DNA from: Antedon mediterranea
Taxonomy: Eukaryota; Animalia; Echinodermata
Direction of reading: 5' to 3'
Length of the DNA stretch: 64,000 nucleotides
Assembly (NCBI RefSeq): GCF_964355755.1
Contig: NC_092680.1
Coordinates: 6,944,001 to 7,008,000, forward strand
A program made the position numbers and the translations under genes. The notes beneath the pieces were generated by a model, which saw nothing but the letters and a program-made list of their open reading frames with translations, searched no databases and was not told where the DNA came from. The first letter of the stretch is position 1. Each line of letters starts with the position of its first letter. Positions 1-10,600 of this stretch are shown piece by piece.

Positions 1-2425
1 AGCAGTTTCCTACCATCAATTTATCTTTTTTTTATTGGCTTGGATGGTCATCTTTTTTTATATAGCAGTTATCTACCAATTTTTAACAATGTATATTTTT
101 CAAGGGGTGAAGGTTTGTCAAAAGAATCAAAACCAAAACAGGATGTTCACACTATTTCTATTTATGTTGTGGTATTATACTGTACATAAATATAGAAATG
201 AAAAATAAGAAATATGGCTAAATAATTTACAGTGGATATGGATAGCCCAAGCTAAACAGCTACAGCTAAAATGAAAATATGAAACTACTTTTAGATATCA
301 ATATTTGACGGACTGTTAATGTTACTGTAGCTCTCTTCCATTTAAACAATCCTGAATCCCCTAATGACTATAATGTGTGCTGTGCTATGAATATCATATA
401 ATATATCATACCAATAATAATCAAATATAGAAAGCACACTGGCCCTATTTACACTGAGTCTGTAACTTAAATTATCCTCAAACTATAACATAAATAATAA
501 TAAAATAAAAATATAATATTTTTAAGACAAAACTATTTAAAATTTGTATTCGCTTTGCAGATTTTCTAAGTTTGATACGCTTTCACATATTATTATTATT
601 ATTATAGCATTATCGTTGATACCATGTTAGTCTGATAAAATGTATGGAATAAATTTCATTCTATTCAATAAATTATTCATGATTTTGTGATGTTAACTGA
701 TCTATAAATAGAAATCACATTATTTATTAGCCTGAGGTAATTCTTAGAAAACATTATATTTTAATCATGTCCAACTTACACGAACAAAGAAATTGGATGA
801 TCTGTTTTGAGGTCATTAAATAACAGAAAAATTATTCTATATCATGAATACAAGTGGAATATAACAGAACAAAGGCTACTATATAGATATAAAGTGCTGA
901 AAGATATGCTGAAAAGTGCACATATTATTATGAATAACAATTTGTCTGCAGACAAATTATGATGATTATTAAATGATGCAAATGATGAGATGAGTTAATA
1001 CCAAATGAAATCTTTAGTTCCATACAGCTTGCTTTTAAATTTCTATTTAAGATTAATTTCTCAATTAAATAATACTATATTAAAAAACAGTTGTTTAAAC
1101 AGATATTCATTGTGTAAATGTTTAAATTGATAAATTACTGTCTGGCCTTATAAAAAAAGAAATAGATGTATGTACAGTAATAATAGGTTTACATATGTTG
1201 TGATAATACTGTAGAATAATATAAAGGTTTTATTTTGATTTTTCCCATCACTGTACCATCTTGTTGTACATGAACAAAATATTTATCATTATAGATTTCT
1301 TTTTTTTAATGAATGATCTATTCTGGTCATATATTTTAAATTGTTACATGTATAATAATATTTTTTTTTTATTCAACTGTCATTTATGATTATTGCTTAT
1401 TGTCTCTATTGTTTACATATATATTTACTTATTGTTATTGTTTTTATTGTAATTTTATTTATTTATTTATTTATTCCAATTTTTAATTGTTACATAGGAC
1501 ATCACATTTTAAAGCTTTGCTTATAGTGATGCCCGAATCAATCAATCAATATATAACTTTTGCTTATAACCATGTACATTTGTAGGTCGTTGCCAATATA
1601 CAGTAATCTTCCTAAACACTATCTGCTACTTTTAATACTTACAATTATTATGTTTTCATCTTTTCCATTTATTGTAAACCTCTAATTAAACTTTTCAGTA
1701 TTTTATTATTCAACTTCTGTTCCCAATAATAGTCAATATAAACAATTAATTTTTATTATTATCATTACTGTAAATAATCATTGTATATATTTTATAGTTA
1801 TATTGGTTTTTTTTTTTTTTGGTTTTTTTTTGTCTTTAAAAATCTACTGTAATATTATACCTTATTGTGGTTACCGTTATAACAAATGTACGTTTGATTG
1901 AATAAAGTTCACATATATATGTTCCCATTGTCAGGTGGGATGTTCCACTAATTTTTTTTCTTTTCTATTGTCCCCACTTTGTAAGGAAAGAGCTAATGTC
2001 AATTTATCCAGGTAAAAAAATAGACTACCAACACCATTGTTGGTTTGTGTAGTTTATGTGTAGAAACTGACCATTTAGGGCCCTCGATAAAACATTAGGC
2101 CTAAACATTGAATATCAGTGACAAAGGTAAATACAGGGAAACTTGGCTTTTGACAAACAAAATATTAATGAAAAAACCGTATTATAGTAATGGGGATGAA
2201 AAAAAAATACTGTTCACATGAAGAAAAAAAATACATTATTCTCGGATTGAATAAAATCGGGCAATTGTGAAGTCTCACAGCTGTGTGGCGTCTGAAAAAT
2301 TTCTGTTCAAGTACAGTACAGTGACAAACAGTATGTGGTGTCAGAATTGTATCTCAACAAAATTGATTTAAAGCTACCTCTAATGGAAAACTAAACTAAA
2401 ATCTAATTAAGGGCTTTCTCTGTAA

Positions 2426-2525
2426 AGCTCTGTCTACGCTATAAAACTAATCACCATCACCATGTTCATATATGGGCATATCACACTTTTTTTGTCACAT
2501 AAAGTTTGATCGTGTAGACAGGACT
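2426..2525. mobile_element. Non-autonomous MITE, PIF/Harbinger-like (family copy 1 of 4)
   Basis: Termini agctctgtctac...gtagacaggact flanked by taa/tta; shares internal atatgggca.atcaca with copies at 24960, 38903 and 55996. Confidence 0.65.
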
Positions 2526-2621
2526 TTAAAGATCAATTTGTTAAGAAGTGTACATCAGCGCAAAATCAAATCGAGTAATTGCCCAAATCTGGTTAACTTT
2601 TTTGTTTTCATCTTCTTTCAG

Positions 2622-3205
2622 TGGCGGAGGCAGGATCTGGATTCAACTCCAGAGGGATCGGGCTAAGAGCACAAAAGAAAGTCCTAAGTAAGATGGCTAC
2701 CAAGAAGATAGCAAAAGCATTTATAGATGACACAATGGGTGAATTACTAGATTCTGGCTATCATCTTTGCAAAGATTATGTGGCGATTAGAGGAGGCAGC
2801 AAGAAAGAAGCGGAGAAAGTTATCAAAAACATCATTAAGATGACAATAAAAATTGGTGTGTTGTACAAAAATGACCAGTTTAATCAAGATGAACTAATGA
2901 TAGCTGAGGACTTTCGTAAGAAATTTCGTTCGACAATAATGACCTTTGTCAGTTTCTATGAGGTGGACTTCAGTTTTGATAAAAATTACCTCATCAAATC
3001 GCTCAATGAATGCCGAGATAAACTTAGGAGATTAGTGAAGCGTCATCTAACTGAGAAATCAGTAAGTCGTATCGATCACGTCTTCAACTTCTTTTCCGAT
3101 GGTGACTTTTTAGAAACAGTTTTTGAATCTGATACTAAATGCCGAATCCATTTGAATCAGATTGTAAATGGATTTAATAAATTGTTGGAAGAGGATGGTA
3201 TATAA
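2622..3205 (+). CDS. TNFAIP8: TNFAIP8/TIPE family protein, main (last) coding exon; upstream first exon not identified
   Basis: Translation (FNSRGIGLRAQKKVLSKMATKKIAKAFIDD...KKEAEKVIKNIIKMTIKIGVLYKNDQFN...SFYEVDFSFD...HLTEKSVSRIDHVFNFF) matches TIPE family motifs. Polypyrimidine tract with acceptor tttcag ending at 2621 (phase 1), TAA at 3203-3205. Confidence 0.95.
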
Positions 3206-5123
3206 ATTGATGGTGTTTTTCCATAATTTTCATTTATCAGTTATGAAACATTACATAAAGCAATCTGTATGAAATATGTAGGAAAAACCACTCAAGAATA
3301 AGCTATCGTCATTATGCTTCCATTGGTAATGTAAAGACTAGGGACAAAGATAGTTTGAATAATTTTATATTGAATACAGCTATTTTTATTATTGAAAGGT
3401 ATTTTCAATTTGGGTTTAAAGTGTATTCATTTTTAGATACAATTTGTTAAAAGCATTACAAATACTTTTTGTCTGTAACAGTTGGCAACAGTTGTTTATG
3501 TCTGAAATCAAAAATATGTTCCAGTCCTATGAAGGTTTTATTTACACATAATACAAATTTATTCAAATTTATAAACATTTGTTGAATGCAGACTAATGTA
3601 TGTGTTTGAGATGGAAGGAGAATAAAGGAAATAATGATTTTATGACATATAGCGATAAAGATATTGATGTCAATTATAACATTATGAAACCTATCCTACC
3701 AACTATCCAAAATGTGAATTTTATCAACTGTGTGTGTGTGTGTGTGTGCAGGGGGCTTATTAAGTATCTCATGCATAATTGCATTGTCCCAATGAGAATG
3801 TCCCATGTGAGATTGAGATGCCCTATAGGGATGTCCAATGCCCGATTGAGATACCAACCTCATGACAATCTCTAGGATATTATTATATCGGATTACATCA
3901 TGCTGCTTTTTGTATGGTTCTCATACTTGCTACAATAAAATATCCATTAAAAAAAATGTGTGTCTGTAATGTAAGGTGCTGTTATGTGGGTTGGTTAATA
4001 CAAAAAATATTAAAGATATTAACAACAAAATTGTTGAAAATACATTAACAAGGGTTGTATACTTCAGCAATAATACTATGATGTTTTGTGTAAATGTTGT
4101 TAAAATTAACGAGGATGATACTACTAGCTGTATTAGTAGAATATGTACCATCATTTTCAAAGTATCTGTATCTATTTTGATAAGGTCAGCAACATTAAAA
4201 AAATAGACATATTCATATCAGACAGTACCTTAAATATTTCTAAATCGCATCAGAATAAGTTTTTCAACTCACTTTCACAAAAGAATAGTATATGCAATTG
4301 TATTAATATCATTGTTATAGTTCTCTAATAGATTTTTCATAATACATTTAATATTATCAACAGTGTACGAATCAATTATTATTATCATTTTATATCTTTC
4401 TTGCAATATGGAATGGTGCTAGAAAATATGTGGTACGGAACTTCTTCTTCTTCTTCCCTTATTAGAATTGCTTTAGAAAAGCTTTCGTTTTGGACACTGT
4501 AGCCTAAGAAGATGGGTTATTTAATCAGAGCATGTGCATAAACCCAGTTTACACCGTTTGATTCATTATTGTGGCTGTATTGCCCTTGCCTAAAGGCCTA
4601 CTGTCAAACGCAAGCTCACTAATATCAGTTGCACTATATCTACATATATATATTTTGTTTTACAAACACGAAGGATTTTTTTTAAATACTGATATATTTG
4701 TTCTGTTATATGTGAATACACAAATGTTAAAAATAAAAACTTTTTTATAAAATATATTTTGCCATTTAATACAAATAAGATTGTACGGTAGTTATAAAAT
4801 AACTTTTTTTGTAGTAGATAGAATATTATTGTTTATTTAATATTCACTTTGTTGATTATGGTATAAAATTCACTCATTATATACACATGATGAAGTTTTA
4901 AATCATATCAGAGATCATAGCAAAAATCAATACCAGTTAAAATAATAAAATAACTATAGTTAAATGATGTATAATTATGATTCATTAGATTTTTTTAATT
5001 GCAGTAAATTTGAATTCTAACACCCAAATAGTTTAATTTAATTTTTCACACTAAATATTAATTTTAGAAATAGCAAAGAAAAGATATTTTAAGGCAATGC
5101 TGTATTATGGTTTTTTATTTTTG

Positions 5124-5282
5124 AATGAAATGAAATGGATTTTTATGAATTGAAAATGGGGAGAATATTTTCATAGTTGAAAGAACTGTTGTATTCAATG
5201 AAGCAGAACTAGGTTGAATAGAACTAAAACGAATAAAAAATATTCTCACCATTCAACAAATACAAAAGAACATTCATTATTT
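5124..5282. repeat. Degenerate palindromic interspersed repeat (MITE-like)
   Basis: Inverted arms aatggggagaatatttt / aaaatattctcaccatt around a tattcaa...ttgaata core; related fragment near 63508-63595. Confidence 0.45.
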
Positions 5283-5799
5283 CTTTTAAAAAATACCTAC
5301 TATTCTGAGTAAACTTTTATTCAAATACAATCCTAAAATATTGGCTCAACAGGTAGTTTTCCCATCCTACCATGTTGCATAACAATTTCAAATGTTAGCA
5401 TGCAATAGTATCTTCAATCATTAAAATGGAAGAAAATAATGCATGGCATGTGATTCTAAATATATTCAAACGCCAAGGACACATTTTAAAATATAATACA
5501 GGTTTTTTTCGTGTTTACTGCTATATTTTTATATTTTGAAATGTGTTTCATCTTAAAATCGCACTATGAATACACTTTCAGTTGCAGTTTTCGATTTAGT
5601 ATATAAATATAATACTTTTATATTAAAAAGACGGCATTTTTCATTATTTAAAAGGTGAACCTCTGCTCAACAAATGTTTGCCTCATTATACATATATTTA
5701 TTGAATATCTAGTTGCCAATTGAGTTTTTGCTTTCTTTTCTGTTAAAATATTAATTGAACACTGTGCAATTTTTATGTATTTAGCTTACTATATTATAC

Positions 5800-5826
5800 C
5801 AGGGAGATGTAAAATAAATCTCCCTG
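5800..5826. mobile_element. 27-bp P/Galileo-type remnant (probable excision footprint), TSD ATTATAC
   Basis: cagggagat...atctccctg flanked by attatac at 5793-5799 and 5827-5833; first 16 nt identical to the element at 55418. Confidence 0.7.
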
Positions 5827-5833
5827 ATTATAC

Positions 5834-6240
5834 CAAAGAACTTATAACACAAGAATCTCCTGTTCTTCAATTTGCATTCAAAACACAGTATCGGAAGTAC
5901 AGGGTTAAAAGGTCAAACTGGGCGACGCCATTTCACAGCATGGAGCAGCGCCCCCTCCAAACTAGGAAGTCAATTACTCTATCCCCTAGAGTATTAGCAG
6001 ATCCCCTCTATGATTTTGACTTTCTAATTTGATGCGGGCGCCCTACTCCTCAGTCAATTACTCTATCCCCCTAGAGCATTAGCAGATCCCCTCTATGATT
6101 TTGACTTTCTAATTTGATGCGGGCGCCCTACTCCATGGCTCACAATGGCGCCACCCATAGCTCTATTCTATCCCACAATGCCTTTCGAAATTGTTACGCG
6201 CTTCGGACGAACAGGAGATTCTTGTGTTATAAGTTCTTTG
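5834..6240. mobile_element. Non-autonomous P-superfamily-like MITE, perfect 32-bp TIRs, 7-bp TSD
   Basis: caaagaacttataacacaagaatctcctgttc and its exact reverse complement ending at 6240; attatac on both sides; CANRG terminus; internal ~83-bp tandem duplication. Confidence 0.85.
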
Positions 6241-7650
6241 ATTATACTCAATATAGACATCAATGTGTATAAATGTGTGTTATCACTAACTCATGTAGAA
6301 AGTTAGAATTGTAACACAGCATACTAAACCTATTTTTCATACTCAATTTTAATTTTAAAATGACAAAACATATCATATGTTATAGTTGTACCTTTTTTTT
6401 TGTCATATAGAAATGTTATGTACTATGTGTTATGTATCACAAGATTTAATTAAAAAAAATATCAGAACACAATTGAATGTCTTTTGTGAATTGTGTGAAA
6501 TTGTTATAGTGCCTACATAGTTGCTTTAGTGACGTGAGTTTGCGGCCAACTCTGGTAGTAGAACAAGTCATACATGTCTGGTTTGATGTTGCTGCTGCTT
6601 CAGATTTTCCAATTATGATGGCTATCTTTTAAAAAACATAATATAGGGCCACTATAATATTTACAGACATAAGATTTAAAATAAGGCCAGGTGCGGGCAA
6701 AACATTTCTATTAGTTTCATAATTTTGTTGATATTATCTGTGTTACACGAGCTTGTTGAAAATTAGCACTTTCTTATCAGTAGGGGATAATTCAAATTAA
6801 ACAGTAAAATCTCTATTCTTTGTACATAAATGTTAAATAGAGAGTTGCATTTTTAAAAAACTATGAAAAATAAACGGTGTGGTACAAAATGTTATCAGAT
6901 GACTAAATATAGGTAATATAACTTAAATTTTACATAAAAAAATTTTAAGAAAAAAAGTGTTCCTGGTTCCAATTTTGTATTGGACCATTTTAAGGGAAAT
7001 TCATGTTTTTTCTACTTGATTTCTATTACAATTATTTGATTTATGTACAATTAACCAGATATTATTTTTAAAAGTCATGCCTGTACCAGCTGAGCTTTAA
7101 AAATTATTTTATACAACCTTTATTTGCGCCCTCTATAATCATTATTGCTATTTTATCACGTCTACCATACCAAATTGGACTTCAGACATTCTATTTTTCT
7201 ACTGCGTCTGGTTCCGTATTAAATTTAGGACTTAGGACTGTTTATTGGGACCTATTTTTACCTGAATATAAAAATGCAGATTATACATAATTTGTGTCTA
7301 CCATTATATTATCTTACTTATCGTTTTCTTCTAATAAATTTCAGTAACTTTCTCTGCTGCTGCTCGAAAAATGTTTTCGAAGTATTAGTCTTACGTGGTC
7401 CAGGCAATATCGAATAGTATGTCATCTTTTCCATCTCCACATCGTTCAAAGTGATTAAAATTATCTAAACAATAATGGAAGTAAATTAAAATAAACTTGT
7501 ATTTACTTTTATTTAAAAAAAGATATACTGTTAAGTAATATTTTGATATAATATAAAAACAACCATGTGGATAATATATCGAACATGTTCGAGGTCCATT
7601 TTGGTATACCAAATACTCCTCGTCGAATCACAGTAAAAAAAAGAAGGAAG

Positions 7651-7679
7651 ATGGCTTTGATGTTTACTGAAACAAAAAG
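7651..7679 (+). CDS. COMMD10: COMMD10 exon 1 (MALMFTETK)
   Basis: aagATGG start context, AG|gtattg donor, phase matches exon 2. Confidence 0.85.
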
Positions 7680-10600
7680 GTATTGCTAAGTAAATAACAT
7701 TTCAAGGAGCTTGCTAATTAGGAATGTAATACAATTAATTCTTGGAAGCGCCGCCAGTACTATATAGCTTACTAGGAATGGAGGCGGGGAGCTACACGAA
7801 TAGATTTCATTCTAGGCTAGGCCTAGGCAAGCCTTTACATATACATGATGAGACGCCACTTTAGCGCGCCCGGAATGATTCGGCCCTGAGATGTTTCGAT
7901 CTTGGACGTTTCGGCCCATGTGTGGTGCATTGATATTCAGTTATTTATAAATAAAGCCTGCCTATTTCCATTTCTATCATTTTAAATAATATTGATGTAT
8001 CCTATTCTATGATTTAGGCATAGCTAGCCTAGCCTAGCTTAGGCTTGTAAAATTGTTGTATGTATTAATTTATAGTACTAGGGCCTAGCCTATTAGTAGG
8101 CCCTAGCCTAACTAGTTAGGCCTAGGCCATGGAGTAAAGAAATTTACTCCATGCCTAGGCCTATGTTGATTTGTGAAAAACATTTTTAACTACCATTTTA
8201 AAATTTTTTTCTAGTGCATATAAAACATTCCAACATTATCATGAACATTTTATTTTTTTTCCAGATCTAATCATATAATTTTTTTACATACTTTCATATT
8301 GAACCTTTTCATTGCATTTTTAATTGTATATTCCTGTATTTAGTGGCTAAGCCTTACAGTATATAGTATAGAACCCAAGCTCACTGTTTCTTCTTTACAG
8401 TATAAAAAAGGCTGTAGAACTAATCAATGGCATTGATGCTTCCAAGTTTCCACGGTTACTCTCAAGAATTTTACAGAAACTTCATTTAAAGGTAGGTTAG
8501 ATGATTAAATGAATTGAATGAAATTTATATTTCTTGACAGACCACAAGGTAGGCACCCCGGCGCTAGTTCCGTTTCGCACCTGTCGTTTATTTCGACTCA
8601 AAATTGGTTAAGTAACTTTATCGTGAGTACCACACCTTAGAATTAGGCCTCAAAAATATTTTTACAAAGGAGATCACACAAAAAGTAAAAAATAAATCCT
8701 TTAAATTGATGAATTTACAGACGTGTTTCTCGCACATCGGTTCGTGAATTTCGCATACTCAATGTTCAATGTTGTTGTTTCTATGGAGCGCCAAAAGAGC
8801 AATCATAATAGAGGGCTAAAAACTCAATAAATTGCGTATATTTAATGCATTTATTGGTGAAAATTACGTTCAATTTTATCATATTTTGTCAATGTCAATG
8901 CAACAAAAATATTACTGTTGATACTGTACATGGTTTTTGCAGGAACTTTTAGGAATGAAAATCGACAAATTCATCATCATATTACATGTACTGTAGGGGT
9001 ATACCTGATCTAAATAATATTCCTCTTAGTCTTACTATAGTCTTAGGTCTAGGGTTGATTGCTATTTGAAAACAGCAAATTATTAGCAGTAAAATGTTAC
9101 AGCATTTTTATTGACAAAATATATTAAAATTAAACGTATATTTCAATAATAAATGCATTAAAAGAAGACGCATTCCACTGAGTTTTTAACCATCTATTGT
9201 TGTTGCTCTTTTGGCGCTCCATAGAAACGAAAATATTGAACTTCGAGTATGCTAAATTCGCGAACGGTATGCGAGAAACATGTCTGTAAAATCATCAATA
9301 TAAGGATTTATTAGTTACTTTTTATGTGATTCTTCTTCATAAAAGTACTTATGAGGCCCAATTTTAAGGTGTGGTATTCACAATAAGTTGCTTAACAATT
9401 TGGAGTCAAAAGGAAGTCGAAATAAAAACAGGTGCGAAACGGAACTAGCGCCGGCACCCCAATAGACCCTTAGGATGTGTAGCCTACACCTTGGCTGCAA
9501 GTTGCATGTTGTTTTTTGTTGCACTAATTTTTCTTGTACACAATATTCACAGGATGAAAAGCCCTTTACTGTTGAGGAGGAAGAAATGTTAGAGAATGCA
9601 TTAGTTCTGGAGGCAGTCAATCTACAGCTGGTATTACAGACCACAGCGTTTATTTTACAACAGGTAGATTTGTCGCAACATTTTTGATAATAATCAGCTG
9701 TAATTATCTTTTTTTACTGTAATATTTACTGTACATCTACAGTACTGATAAAGTCGCCCTTGTTTGTTTGTTTGTTTTATTAGTTTCTCCACACATTTTA
9801 AAATAAAAGATAAAAATTACAAATTGCAAAAAGCCCTTAAAGTGCCATAAAACAAATTCCACTTCTCACACAGCATTTTTGGCCACTGCACTTTTCATTT
9901 GGACCTATAGACGTCATTCGTCAACGTTGAGGGAGTTTGAATCTGTTCTCAAATCTTGTCACAAAGAGCACATCATAATATCCAAATTTGTATTGTTTTG
10001 CTAATGATCGTTGCTTTACTTTTCAGGCTGCATACCACCTTACAAAACCTGCAGTACTTTCACAGCAATTGTCAAACTTAGGTCTAGAAAAGGATAAGGT
10101 AATTGCTTTATGATGTTAGAATACAGGATTTTAATTGTTGACAAGACAACTTTCTAGTAAAGTTATTGTATTGATAACAACATACATTTGCTAAGATATA
10201 TTCACCTTTCAATAGCATGATATAGGATAGGCCTGCTGTAGAACTATCAGTGACACCAAGTCAGATATTTTGCGCTACCCGGATGTAATTGTACTGAAAG
10301 CTCACTACATTGAGAAAATAATTTGCTCATTCTGCCCCTAGCTGTCCGAGCACTCTCGGTAGTTTAGGAGGTATGAATGCCAGGCTAGTAATCTTGAGGT
10401 CATGGGTTCGAATCCCACTCGAGAATTACCTGTATTATTAATTGAATTAATTTTAATAAGTAATAATTATTCCTTCATATCATTCCTTGACATACTATTC
10501 AATGTATATCTGTTTGTCGTTACTCTTTTAATAGGTTTCAGTTTTTGTGAAAGCTTGGACATCAGGTGGAAAAAATGTAGTTGATAAATTGAAACAAAGT

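Noticed and set aside
2621-2623. GTG start codon for TNFAIP8 as given in the ORF track
   Set aside because: The G is the last base of the splice acceptor AG.
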